Shown here one piece after another: positions 30,987 to 41,086 of a stretch of 64,000 nt of DNA. The position numbers and the translations under genes were made by a program. The notes beneath the pieces were generated by a model, which saw only the letters and a list, made by a program, of their open reading frames with translations, made no database searches and had not been told where the DNA came from. Origin of the DNA: Bdellovibrionales bacterium (GTDB lineage Bacteria; Bdellovibrionota; Bdellovibrionia; Bdellovibrionales; UBA1609). Positions within the stretch are counted from its first letter, which is position 1. Every line of letters starts with the position of its first letter. The DNA lies in assembly GCA_041739415.1 (NCBI GenBank), contig JBGSNU010000031.1:42949-106948 (forward strand), in the 5' to 3' direction.

Positions 30987-32663
30987 CTAACCGCGTTTGA
31001 GCTCGCCCACGACCTGATCTAACTTTTCTTCGTGACGTTTGTTTACCGACCTAAGCTCTTCATTGTGCTGTTGACCCACCTGCCGAATCCGTTCGCGATT
31101 TTGCGAGGCTATCTGATCCATACCAGTCTTGTGGGCGCGCTGCAACTCATCGGTCACGCGCTTTAAATTCTCATCACTGAGTTTCTTATCTCGAATCATC
31201 TGATCTTTAAGAGTCTGAATTTGCTTTTCATATTTGGCAACCACCTGAACCATCTTTTCAGTGTGTTGCACCTCTTGCTTGTTCAGTTGATCCTTCATTC
31301 GAAGCACCGTCTGTTGCTTATCGGCTTCCATAGTGGCTTGAAGGCTGCGCAATTCATCCTGCTTCACTTGTTGATTGATGGTGTGGTCTTCTAGCTGCTT
31401 CTCCATGATGCGACTCTTCTCCTGGCTCGTAACTTCATGAATGTTTTTAACCCGTTGATCCGCTAGAGTTTTTGCTTGGTCATGCCGGACACCAAAGTCA
31501 GACCGCAAGTTTTCATAGGCTGACCGGTGAATGCGATTGGCATCTTCTTGGTTAAGGCGATTTTGTCTAGCCATTTCTACCGTTTGCTTCGAAGTCTGTT
31601 CGTGCACCTTCATCAAATCCTGACGACCTCTATCGTTCTGGGTGCGAACAATTTCATCTCGCTCTTGCTTGTAGGCCTCAACATTTTTTTGATAGCCTTC
31701 TTTAATGTTGCCGACTTCTCGCTTTACTTGATGGCGAAGCAGCACTTCATCGCGAATTTTGGCGTCTCTCAACCGTTCGTTGTCACTCTCTAAACGCTCG
31801 ACTTGGTTGTCGATTCTTTCATTGACGGATCCTGCGAGAGAGTTTCGCGCCATTTGAGAAATTTCTCGCTCTTTTTGTGCCGCCTTTTGAAACCGATCTC
31901 GAGTGGTTTCAGTCGCATCACGAAAGCCTTCGCGCAAAAGTGAAGTCGAGTCTTGCGCAGCCAACCGCTCTTTTTGCACAGTCTTAACCAAGTTATCAGA
32001 TGATCGCTGTTGCTGTTGCATGTGACGCAAATCTTGATCGCGAATTCGACCTTGCGTATTTTGTCGGTACTCTTCGTATTCTTTCTGCAGTGTCCCGACC
32101 TTTTGGTTGCGTTCTTCCTTTAAGGTGTTCAGCTGGGCTTCGTAATGGCGCTCGACGCGCTCTTTGTTTTTTGCAATGGCCTCTTGTTGTGCTTCGCGAC
32201 TCTGTTCCGTTGCGGTTGCATATGTTTCGTCCTTATCCCGAATATTTTTGTTCATGCTAGTCGACTGAGCCTCACTTTGCGCTTTCGTGCGTGATTTTAT
32301 CTGCTCAAGTTCAGCTTCGGAGGTTTTTCGAAGAGTGCTCTCGCGGCGCTGAGTTTCATCAGCACTTTCTTGAAGTTGCTTGCGATAAAGACCGCGCATC
32401 TCATCCATATCTTTTTGATAACGGTGATCTCGCTCGTTGATATCCGTGTGGGCACTCTCTTTAAAAGCCTCCATTTGCGTGCGATGCTCTTGCTTGAGGC
32501 GTTCCAACTCCGCGTAATGTTGCTCATTGGCCCGTCGCATCTGCCGAGTCTGCTTTTTAACCAAATCGGCTTCTGATTTTTTGGCTTCCTCTCGCGCGCG
32601 ACGAATGGCTTCGTCTTGTCGATTTGTAGAATTTGATGAATCCGAACTTCCCACTGAAGACAT
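30987..32663 (-). CDS. Long coiled-coil hypothetical protein
   Basis: AGGAGG SD; E/Q/R/K-rich helical composition throughout; Ser-rich N-terminus. Confidence 0.75.
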   Translation of the reverse strand: MSSVGSSDSSNSTNRQDEAIRRAREEAKKSEADLVKKQTRQMRRANEQHYAELERLKQEHRTQMEAFKESAHTDINERDHRYQKDMDEMRGLYRKQLQESADETQRRESTLRKTSEAELEQIKSRTKAQSEAQSTSMNKNIRDKDETYATATEQSREAQQEAIAKNKERVERHYEAQLNTLKEERNQKVGTLQKEYEEYRQNTQGRIRDQDLRHMQQQQRSSDNLVKTVQKERLAAQDSTSLLREGFRDATETTRDRFQKAAQKEREISQMARNSLAGSVNERIDNQVERLESDNERLRDAKIRDEVLLRHQVKREVGNIKEGYQKNVEAYKQERDEIVRTQNDRGRQDLMKVHEQTSKQTVEMARQNRLNQEDANRIHRSAYENLRSDFGVRHDQAKTLADQRVKNIHEVTSQEKSRIMEKQLEDHTINQQVKQDELRSLQATMEADKQQTVLRMKDQLNKQEVQHTEKMVQVVAKYEKQIQTLKDQMIRDKKLSDENLKRVTDELQRAHKTGMDQIASQNRERIRQVGQQHNEELRSVNKRHEEKLDQVVGELKRG

Positions 32664-32748
32664 ACATCATCCTCCTGACGATAGCTTCAGCATAACACGG
32701 AGTTAGAGCTGGCACCTGGGAGATTGCGCAAACCAGACTAGAGCTGGC

Positions 32749-33480
32749 TTAAGGATCTAGGTAATTTTTTTCTCTAAACAATTGGCGCAACCTAAGAGCC
32801 TCTTGCGCCCTGGCCCTTTCGCGAGCCTGAGCTGCAGCCGTGCGACGATCTTGTGAAGCGAGCTCGCGCTGCACTTGCTGCAAGTGCATTTCACTGGCAT
32901 TCCGCACGGAACTCCGCCAGACTGGCCTAAAGTCTTTGAGTTTAGACTTGAAGTCCTCGACTCCACCTGAGTGCAATTGCCCCCATTGCTCGATCGTACC
33001 GGCCCAGGGCAAGCTTTGCGGAAACTCAATTTTGGCAGTGCCATTTTCGCCAACTTCGCCAATTTGGGTTTGCAAACCGGCAACTAAGGCATACATCGTG
33101 GCATCACCCGTAGGTTGAATGCTCCACTCACCCAAGAGGGATTTGACCGTAATTCTATCGGACTTTCGCACAAAAATAGCTTTGCATTCCCCTGCACACG
33201 AGATTCGGGCATAGGGCGTTTTGAAATATGTCGCTTGAGAAACTTCTATATAAAATTCTCCCAGCACCAGCTGAAACACGGCTTTGTCCTGCTGCTGGAT
33301 CACACTTCCTGGGCCTAAAGTCACCTGAAGTTCAGGCAACACAAGTGTGCGGCGAGACGCCCCCGCCGATTCGACGCAGGGCCAAAACTTACCCCAGCAA
33401 TTCGCATGGTGAGCCTCTGCCCGAACCTGAATGTCTAAACAAAAACACAAAACAAACGTCAACCCGCGGACCACTCTCAT
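32749..33480 (-). CDS. Exported hypothetical protein (FecR-like beta region)
   Basis: Signal-like N-terminus; LxLxxGEFY...KTPYARI pattern; overlaps the upstream stop codon. Confidence 0.5.
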   Translation of the reverse strand: MRVVRGLTFVLCFCLDIQVRAEAHHANCWGKFWPCVESAGASRRTLVLPELQVTLGPGSVIQQQDKAVFQLVLGEFYIEVSQATYFKTPYARISCAGECKAIFVRKSDRITVKSLLGEWSIQPTGDATMYALVAGLQTQIGEVGENGTAKIEFPQSLPWAGTIEQWGQLHSGGVEDFKSKLKDFRPVWRSSVRNASEMHLQQVQRELASQDRRTAAAQARERARAQEALRLRQLFREKNYLDP

Positions 33481-34163
33481 AATTCGATTCCACGTAACGA
33501 CGCTTTGGCCTGAGAGGCAATGTCCCTTTGGGGAAAGGAGCGAAGCACCGTCTTGTAGAGATCGACAGCTTCCTCGGTGCGGGACTGCGCTTCAAAGATC
33601 TGCCCCAACCGGATCATAGCAAAGCCCGTCAATTCGTGGGTGGGAAACAACTCAACCATCCGCTCGATGATCGCCGTGCACTCCTCTAGTTCATTCTTCT
33701 TAAAGTGAGACTCCACGACCAGAAAATGGCTCTCGGCGACGAAGGGAGAGTAGGAGTAGCGATCGATAAGCTGCTTTAAGACATGTTTTGCCTTATCGTA
33801 ATCGCCTTCGCGAAAGTGCCGCTTACCCGACTCGAACAGCGTTTTGGCTAAGACGCCGCGCACGCTTTCTGACTCAGTTTTCGTGATCGTGCTGGCTAAA
33901 CTGCGCAGCGGGTAGCCCTCAGCTCCCCGACCGTTTTCTTTAAGTGCATCTGGCAGCAAAGCAGCTACGTACTGGCGAAACTCTAGAAAATACTCCCGCT
34001 CTAAGGCCGTTTTTATTTTCTCTTGTTGAATGGAGGATTGCAGGGCATGGACTTCTTCTTTGTACTCGTCGACGCCATTGTAAGTCTCACGCACAACAGC
34101 GTAGAGCTGCATCCAAAGTGTTGTTAGAATTAAAATAAGGCCGACAAACCCAGTGAGCCGCAT
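33477..34163 (-). CDS. Membrane-anchored TPR protein (CpoB/BamD-like TPRs)
   Basis: N-terminal TM, coiled coil, TPR helices (FREGDYDKA...YSYSP; FPTHEL...RLGQIF). Confidence 0.75.
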   Translation of the reverse strand: MRLTGFVGLILILTTLWMQLYAVVRETYNGVDEYKEEVHALQSSIQQEKIKTALEREYFLEFRQYVAALLPDALKENGRGAEGYPLRSLASTITKTESESVRGVLAKTLFESGKRHFREGDYDKAKHVLKQLIDRYSYSPFVAESHFLVVESHFKKNELEECTAIIERMVELFPTHELTGFAMIRLGQIFEAQSRTEEAVDLYKTVLRSFPQRDIASQAKASLRGIEL

Positions 34164-34200
34164 ACGGACTTAACGGCATTTTTACCAACGGAATGAAGGG

Positions 34201-35904
34201 CTACATCGCCTCAGGCGTCTCAACTCCTAAAATACTCAGACCTTCTGTGAGTACCGCTTGAGTCATCTGGACCAAAGTCATGCGCCCTTGCTCGAGTTCA
34301 GCCGGCTCTCCTAGAATTCGACACTTGTTGTAGAACTGATTGAAGCGCCGACACAACTCTAGCAGATACCCGGCCAAAAAATGTGGCTTAAAATTTTGAA
34401 AGGAGTTTTTTAGTGTGTCTTCATAATTCAATAGGCAACGCAGCAGCTCGCCCTCTTCTACCGACGGCAAAACTCCAGTGAAACTGGAGGGGATGGGTTT
34501 GCCATATTTTCGCATCAAACTTAAACACCGCACACTGCAGTACTGAACGTAAGGCCCGCTGTCTCCCTCAAAGTCCAACGCGCGATCCCAATCAAAATCC
34601 ACGTCTTTGACTCGGTCATTCATTAGATCATTAAAAACAATTGCCCCCACTCCCACTTGGCGCGCAATCGTCTCTGCATTTGGAAGACTAGAATTTTTTT
34701 GCGCAATCACTTCACGTGCCAAAGTGGTGGCTTTAGCCAAAACATCTTCTAAGAAAATTGCGTTGCCCTTGCGAGTGGAAATCCGCGCGTCTTTGAATCG
34801 ATACATACCAAAGCCGATATGATGACACTGGCCGACCCATGGATATCCCATTTTCTCCAACACTTTAAACACCTGGCGAAAGTGCAAAGCCTGATCCATG
34901 CCCACAACATACAGGTTCAAATCTGCATGCAGTTCATTCATTCGATACAATGCACTCGCCAAGTCTCGAGTGGCATACAACGATGCCCCATCAGATTTGC
35001 GAATTAAACAAGGCGGCATGGTTTCGCCCTCAAAACGCACGACCATCGCACCATCAGAAGCCTCAATCAGGCCTTTTTGTTCTAACTCAGTCTCAACTCC
35101 CTTAAGCCGACTGTTGTAAAAGGACTCGCCCCGCACCAAATCGTGCTTCACGCCCAGCTGATCCCAAATTCTTTGATAGTCCTTAAGTGAGATCTCAACA
35201 AATTTTTGCCAAAGCGCGAGAATTTCGGGATCTCCATCCTCCAAGCGCTTAAACACCTTGGAGCCTTCGTTCTCGAGCTCAGGAGTGCGCTCTGCTTCGT
35301 CATGAAACCGCACGTAAAGCGCATACAAGGATTCAAATGGCTTTTCATTAAATGGGTACTCACTGCCCCACTTCAAATACGCCCACGCCAATTTACCAAA
35401 TTGAACGCCCCAATCGCCTAAATGATTTAGACCGACAACTTGGTAACCTTGAGTTTTCGCCAAGTTGACAATGGCCTGCCCAATCACAGTGGCACGCAAA
35501 TGACCGATGTGCATGGGCTTCGCCACATTGGGCGATGAGAAATCAATCAACATTTTTTTGCCGGCACCCAGGGTCGAGTGTCCCACTTGTCCCCGACGCG
35601 CCAATATCGCAGTGGCTAAGAGCGACTGGAGATAAGAGATTTTAAACTTAAAATTGATAAACCCACTGACCGGAAGAACAGCCTCTATCTCAGATGGCAG
35701 ATTTGCCGACATCTGCTGCGCCAACTCTTGCGCCAAAACTTGTGGCGCCTTCTTTAACTCTTTGCTCCAAGCAAAAACTGGCAACGACAAGTGGCCGTGC
35801 CCTTCACCTTTTGGACTTTCCAACAGGCGCAGCACAAGGGCTACATCTTTACCAAGAAGTGGAGCGTAGTGACTGGCGACAATAACCCGTAGATTTTGTA
35901 ACAT
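34201..35904 (-). CDS. argS: Arginine--tRNA ligase
   Basis: DFSSPNVAKPMHIGHLR, NHLGDWGVQFG, YATRDLA, DALR anticodon domain. Confidence 0.98.
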   Translation of the reverse strand: MLQNLRVIVASHYAPLLGKDVALVLRLLESPKGEGHGHLSLPVFAWSKELKKAPQVLAQELAQQMSANLPSEIEAVLPVSGFINFKFKISYLQSLLATAILARRGQVGHSTLGAGKKMLIDFSSPNVAKPMHIGHLRATVIGQAIVNLAKTQGYQVVGLNHLGDWGVQFGKLAWAYLKWGSEYPFNEKPFESLYALYVRFHDEAERTPELENEGSKVFKRLEDGDPEILALWQKFVEISLKDYQRIWDQLGVKHDLVRGESFYNSRLKGVETELEQKGLIEASDGAMVVRFEGETMPPCLIRKSDGASLYATRDLASALYRMNELHADLNLYVVGMDQALHFRQVFKVLEKMGYPWVGQCHHIGFGMYRFKDARISTRKGNAIFLEDVLAKATTLAREVIAQKNSSLPNAETIARQVGVGAIVFNDLMNDRVKDVDFDWDRALDFEGDSGPYVQYCSVRCLSLMRKYGKPIPSSFTGVLPSVEEGELLRCLLNYEDTLKNSFQNFKPHFLAGYLLELCRRFNQFYNKCRILGEPAELEQGRMTLVQMTQAVLTEGLSILGVETPEAM

Positions 35905-35940
35905 ACGAAAAGGCTATCATAGAGCCCTACAGAAATGCAG

Positions 35941-37446
35941 CTATTTCCAGACTGAAAAGCCGGCCAACCGATTGCGTTCTTTTTGCGCTCTAGCCAGCAA
36001 CTCTGTCGTAACCTCTTTTTGAGCGGCCATGGTGATCTGATGCAACTCACTCCAGCTTTCAAAAATAAAATACCTTGCGCCGTTCACGCGCTTAAAAGAG
36101 GTGAGCTGACTCAACCCCTTGGTGGAGAATTTCTTCTCCGCTCCATTGGCCAGCGCCACTTTCTCCTCTAGCTCTTGACTCAACTTCAACAGCGCCAGCC
36201 GCTCCTTCCAAATGGCATGTGCCCACATCTTTCGCTGTTGCAAAACTGCCTTTTTGTAATTGGGATCGCTCACTCCCAGATTCAATCGAGTCTCTTTTTT
36301 GACTTTGCCTGTTTCAGCCCGAAGAATGAACTTGCCCTGCGGAAATTTCAAACCCGAGAGATCCAATGACTTTTTTAGATCGCCGGTTGGGGTGTAGCGA
36401 CTGAACCGGTAGAACGAACCACCCTCGGAAACTTGCCCAGGCAAACCTATGACCTGCAGATACACCGGAAACTCAGCCGTGCCGTTGGTGCGCACCTCGA
36501 TTTGGGCTTGATTCGGACCTAGCATCTGCACTTTCAAAACCAACTGCGTGGGCTCGCGGGGTTCGGGTCGAACTGCCTCGCTTTTCTCTTTGGCCTCAGC
36601 CTTTTCTTCTCTCGGTATTGGCTCCGGAGGTGAGGCTGGCACCGGGGGAACCTCGGCGACGGGAGGGGGAGCAATTGAGTAAGGGTCTTCTTTCGCGCTC
36701 TTGGCCATTCGATAAGCGGGAAGCACAACCTGCGATATCACCCAAAATCCCGCCACAATCAAAATGCCAAAGACACCCAACATTCCCCAGTCCGCTTGCA
36801 ACCGACGCCGCCGCCTTCCCACGTTCGGAAGAGGCGCAACAACTGTGGCCTCCATCTCAAATGGAACTTTTGGAATGCGCTTGGTGACACTGGGCATGAC
36901 CGGAGGCGACTTCGTGAGGTCGGGCCCCACACTCCCTTTGGGAGGAGCTTCTTCACGCACAGCGGTAGGCCTTCGCATCTCAACCACCTGCTCTAACAAT
37001 TCTTTTGCAAGGGGTGTTGAGTTTTCCGCCTTCTTTTCTGCGGCTCGCAATCTCGAGTTGAACTCCTCAAGCGCACCAATCCGAGTCCAACCTAAAAGTC
37101 CATCCTTCCAAGCGTAGTCGGAGTATTTCACTTCACCCAACTGCAATTTCTGCTGAATCTCCTCGGCCCGGTAGGGACCCGTCGTTACAAAATTCAAACC
37201 CGAATCACTGTTCGGCTTCTGCTGCAAACAAATCCAAGGTTTATCGCGCAAACTCGAGATCAATCCACTTTGAAAATCACCCCGCAAACTCTCAAAAGCC
37301 AGGGCCAAACGCCACTCGGGGTCTCCATCGCGGTAGATCAAATCAAAGACTCGAACTCGACCGAGTCGAATTAGCTCACGCAGCTCCGGCAACCCAATAG
37401 GGCCGACAGTTGCGCCTTTCTCTTGATAAAAATACCAATCATTCAT
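35941..37446 (-). CDS. Membrane protein with two GYF_2 (DUF4339)-like domains
   Basis: WYFYQEKGATVGP and GPYRAEEI...YAWKDGLLGW; Pro-rich linker; one TM. Confidence 0.75.
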   Translation of the reverse strand: MNDWYFYQEKGATVGPIGLPELRELIRLGRVRVFDLIYRDGDPEWRLALAFESLRGDFQSGLISSLRDKPWICLQQKPNSDSGLNFVTTGPYRAEEIQQKLQLGEVKYSDYAWKDGLLGWTRIGALEEFNSRLRAAEKKAENSTPLAKELLEQVVEMRRPTAVREEAPPKGSVGPDLTKSPPVMPSVTKRIPKVPFEMEATVVAPLPNVGRRRRRLQADWGMLGVFGILIVAGFWVISQVVLPAYRMAKSAKEDPYSIAPPPVAEVPPVPASPPEPIPREEKAEAKEKSEAVRPEPREPTQLVLKVQMLGPNQAQIEVRTNGTAEFPVYLQVIGLPGQVSEGGSFYRFSRYTPTGDLKKSLDLSGLKFPQGKFILRAETGKVKKETRLNLGVSDPNYKKAVLQQRKMWAHAIWKERLALLKLSQELEEKVALANGAEKKFSTKGLSQLTSFKRVNGARYFIFESWSELHQITMAAQKEVTTELLARAQKERNRLAGFSVWK

Positions 37447-39038
37447 AGCGACAAATTGTCGTCAATCTCCTCAACGAGTTTCCAATAAAATTTTGCAAAA
37501 TCCATTGTTTCATTCGCATCCCCGGCCTTTGTAACGTCGACACTTCGGCTCAAGTAAGACATGAGTTTAGGTAAACTGATAGTCCTGGATCTGACTTTTT
37601 GAAACAGCCGCTCCCCTAGCATGCCTCCCAAAATTCTTGCGGCATCGACATACGCTGACGCCTCCCGTGGCTTAAACTTTGAACGGCGCAGGCGACCAGT
37701 CTTGACCCAAAGCACTTCAGTTAAGCGATGGTCCAGGGTCAAGAGGAGCGCTGTCCTGCCTTTATTGCGGGAGCTTTGCGATGCCAACTGCAAGCGGATA
37801 TTCTCCAGTGACTCAGCTTTTCTCTGAGGATTAATCCATTTGCTAAAGAAAAAGCCCACGGCCTCAGTCCATATCAATGGCAAAAAGTCGTTGGGCAAAT
37901 CCCAAAGATTTTTCTTTCGGCCACTTAGGTGGGAGTGTACGAACTGGCCAGCCAGGCTCGACGCATGATTGATTGTTGGACGAGACAGGTAACACCAAGT
38001 CCGCTCCGGCATAAAAAAACTTAAGCCATTCTCTAGATGGTAGAGCAAAACCTTTTGTTGTTTAGGCTTGAGCGTTAAACGATGGCGCGTGACCGATACC
38101 TTTGAGTTTGAGCAATACACTTCAAGACGACTCTTCGTCGTGTTGATTTTTAAATCATTCTCTAGTAGCTCCACCAACGCCGCCACATGATCTGTGTAAT
38201 CGATCGATAGTCCCTCTTGTAGATCGCGATCATAGGCTTGCTCGAGGTACATTAAATAACTTTGCCATTTCATCCAGGGCGGTGAGACCATCAGGCAAAA
38301 TGTACTCCCCCTCGTGCGCAGGAGGTCCGTCGTTGCCTCTCGCCGACTGGCCGCGAGCTTAAAGTAGATAGGCTCTACATCTTGATGAATCACCATCACC
38401 GCATCCTTTGCCATTCGATGGCGCAGCAGTCTTGGCACATGGGCTTCGGCCAAATGAAATTCACCCAGCAGCACAAAAAGAAGATGCTGCGGAAACTCCT
38501 CATGCAGTCGAAGAATCTGCGCTGAAGTCCAGCTGTCCCGTCGAGAAAGTCCACCTTTGCCGGAGTGAAAAATCCCCCGCAACACCATCCCTCGGTCACG
38601 GGCCAGCTCAAACAGGGGCCGATAATTTTCCCACGGGAACCCCCAGGTTTTCTCCCAATTCACAATCAACAAGAAATCAGCCTCTGAAAGCTTGCCGTTT
38701 AGATAGTCCTGGGCAACCGCATTGTGCTCGGGCGCAAGACACTCGACAACAAGCACAACAGGTCGAACTCCGATATGGTCCCGCAACAACCGCAAGTGGG
38801 CGCGCTGCGACTGCGTGTACGCGTGAAAGTCGGCACTCAAAATGACCTTAGCCCTACGGGCACTGCGTTCGAGTTCCTCTATCGTTGCGGTACGCCACGT
38901 GCCACGAAAGTCCCGTGCCAGCACGGATGCGTAATGACGAAGGCCACTGCTCATGGGCCCAAGTCGAAGCTGCACCTGAGATTTGATTTGTCGCAAAAGC
39001 CGTTTTCTGGAATGGAGCCAATCTCGAGAGTTGATCAT
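37443..39038 (-). CDS. ChaN/EreA-like fold protein
   Basis: ADFH...Q, VE, WGFPWENYRPLF, RD and GEFH motifs; start set at ATG 39038 to avoid overlap with the divergent gene. Confidence 0.6.
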   Translation of the reverse strand: MINSRDWLHSRKRLLRQIKSQVQLRLGPMSSGLRHYASVLARDFRGTWRTATIEELERSARRAKVILSADFHAYTQSQRAHLRLLRDHIGVRPVVLVVECLAPEHNAVAQDYLNGKLSEADFLLIVNWEKTWGFPWENYRPLFELARDRGMVLRGIFHSGKGGLSRRDSWTSAQILRLHEEFPQHLLFVLLGEFHLAEAHVPRLLRHRMAKDAVMVIHQDVEPIYFKLAASRREATTDLLRTRGSTFCLMVSPPWMKWQSYLMYLEQAYDRDLQEGLSIDYTDHVAALVELLENDLKINTTKSRLEVYCSNSKVSVTRHRLTLKPKQQKVLLYHLENGLSFFMPERTWCYLSRPTINHASSLAGQFVHSHLSGRKKNLWDLPNDFLPLIWTEAVGFFFSKWINPQRKAESLENIRLQLASQSSRNKGRTALLLTLDHRLTEVLWVKTGRLRRSKFKPREASAYVDAARILGGMLGERLFQKVRSRTISLPKLMSYLSRSVDVTKAGDANETMDFAKFYWKLVEEIDDNLSL

Positions 39039-39148
39039 ACACACATAACGTTGCCTAAGGCGATGGAGCAAATCAAGCGTTGCTTCAGTTTCTAAAATGC
39101 GCTCTAATCTCCCCTGAACAACATCTCCCTCACTGTAAGGATGCAACG

Positions 39149-40354
39149 ATGCGAAGACGGGTTCAGCTGGCTCTTTTTTGTTGTCTAGTCTCAATTGCCA
39201 TTCACTTTTATCTTTCAAATCATTACTATCCGCTGAAGTTTGGCTTCTCCACCGGCAACTCCGCTTGCAATCTAGATTCAAAATTCGATTGTGACGCGGT
39301 TTCCGCCTCGGCCTTCTCGGCCTTTTTAGGAATTCCGCTGTCTGTGTGGGGGATGATCGCCAACGTCGCCCTAATGCTCCTCATTATTGTGAGTGCTCTA
39401 GAGTGGAGTGAACGACCCGAACGCTTCCGTCGCTGGACGGTGCTGTTCGCCGGAGCAAGCTTCGCCACGTCGCTCGTTATGGCCGTTATCTCGCTCACGC
39501 AAATGCAGACCTATTGCCTTTTTTGCATCGGCCTTTATCTGTTGAGTGCAATTATTTTCTTTGCCCTCAAAGGCACACTGCGCGAGCCTTTTTGGCAACA
39601 CCTAAAGTTGGATCTGCCACACATGTGGAGAGAGAACAAAGGTGTGCTTTCGGCTCTGGCCTTTGTCCCCATTGGCGCAACACTATCCCATCAAATGTTT
39701 ATTCAAAACTATGGCGCCGGTAAGATGAACGAAATTGTAAAAGAGTCCGTTGCCAATTGGGAGGTCGACACGCAGCAAACTTTTGTTGCACAACCTTCAC
39801 TGACCATGGGGCCATCCCCCGAAGCCGCGGTTCTTACGTTGGTTGAATTTGCTGATCTGCGGTGCAGCCACTGCCGACGCGCCAACTACACTCTGCATGC
39901 GTTCGTAAAGGCTCATCCTGATGTGCGCCTAGAATTCTATGCCTTTCCCCTCGACTCCACCTGCAATGAAAAAGTGGAATCCGGCAATGGGATTTCATGT
40001 CGTTTGGCTGAAGCGGTCTTTTGTGCTGAAAAAGAGAATAAGGGTTGGGATCTGCAAAAAACCCTCTTCGACATGCAAGATCAAATCAACAGCCTCGGTG
40101 GAGTGACTGATCTGGATCCTGTTCTATCGCAAGCCGCATCGCAACAGGGATTAAACTGGGAACGTTTACAAACATGCATGGCCGACAGCACCGTGAAGGA
40201 CGCCATTAAAACTCAGGCCAAACAAGGGAGCTTGGCCAATGTTCGAGCGACGCCCACAATTTTTGCCAATGGCAAACTGGCGAATCGTGGCCAAATGCTG
40301 CCAGTCCTAGAGGCGCTGCGCCAAAAAGCTTTGCAAAAGAGAAGTAACCTCTAA
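39149..40354 (+). CDS. VKOR-family disulfide oxidoreductase fused to DsbA/thioredoxin domain
   Basis: C...C loop pair, TM helices, YCLFC; C-terminal EFADLRCSHC and TPTIFANG. Confidence 0.88.
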   Translation: MRRRVQLALFCCLVSIAIHFYLSNHYYPLKFGFSTGNSACNLDSKFDCDAVSASAFSAFLGIPLSVWGMIANVALMLLIIVSALEWSERPERFRRWTVLFAGASFATSLVMAVISLTQMQTYCLFCIGLYLLSAIIFFALKGTLREPFWQHLKLDLPHMWRENKGVLSALAFVPIGATLSHQMFIQNYGAGKMNEIVKESVANWEVDTQQTFVAQPSLTMGPSPEAAVLTLVEFADLRCSHCRRANYTLHAFVKAHPDVRLEFYAFPLDSTCNEKVESGNGISCRLAEAVFCAEKENKGWDLQKTLFDMQDQINSLGGVTDLDPVLSQAASQQGLNWERLQTCMADSTVKDAIKTQAKQGSLANVRATPTIFANGKLANRGQMLPVLEALRQKALQKRSNL

Positions 40355-40361
40355 TGTGGGT

Positions 40362-40943
40362 TTAGAGCTGCTGAAATATCCAGACCACAAAGTCGTCTAT
40401 GCCGTGATCGAAGACAGTCCAAGCGGTATCGAACTGGCCGCTTTGATAGTCGAGTAAGATCCCACACAAAAAAATTGAAAAAATTCCTCCGGCTAGGGCT
40501 TTCACCACCCAAACTGTGGAGCGAACGTCGGTGAGGCGACTTTCTCGCTCGACTCGTTCAATCTGTTGGAGATGAGACTTTAGATCCTCAAAATGCGAAA
40601 GCACTTTCTCGTGGACTTCCTGTTGTTTAGCCATAGAGAGCGTGGCCAAACCGGGGAAGTTTCGTTTAGTCTCAATCGCCTGAATCAACTCTTGGCAGTG
40701 CTGAAGGTAGCGCTGAGCCCGCTCTTGAAATAAAGGAAACGCCTCTTTCAAGTCGATGTAGGCTACCAGCTCCTCTTGGGCACTCTGGTAATTTTCACTC
40801 ACGACTAAAGACAAGATGGTAGAACGCAAACTGTCCATTCGACCAAGATCTGAGCGCTGCACATCGGTGAGTTTTTTACGAAGGTTCTCGTGCATCTCGT
40901 TCATTTGACTAAATTCGAGCACGCTGTGTATGGTTGGTTGCAT
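40362..40943 (-). CDS. Hypothetical membrane protein
   Basis: Helical protein with a C-terminal TM segment. Confidence 0.65.
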   Translation of the reverse strand: MQPTIHSVLEFSQMNEMHENLRKKLTDVQRSDLGRMDSLRSTILSLVVSENYQSAQEELVAYIDLKEAFPLFQERAQRYLQHCQELIQAIETKRNFPGLATLSMAKQQEVHEKVLSHFEDLKSHLQQIERVERESRLTDVRSTVWVVKALAGGIFSIFLCGILLDYQSGQFDTAWTVFDHGIDDFVVWIFQQL

Positions 40944-41086
40944 GTAAATCTATCGGCCAAGGCGACCTAAGTCTAGAGGACCAAGTCTAGTTACCACTAT
41001 CTTTTACGACAATTTTGACATCCGGCGTCCCCTATTGAGACACTGAAGTTAGGCCAAGGTCGGCCTCAATCAATCAGGAGAATCGG

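Noticed and set aside
39039..39281. Apparent head-to-head overlap of the ChaN-like and VKOR ORFs
   Set aside because: Downstream ATGs (39038 and 39149) remove the overlap; the extensions look non-coding
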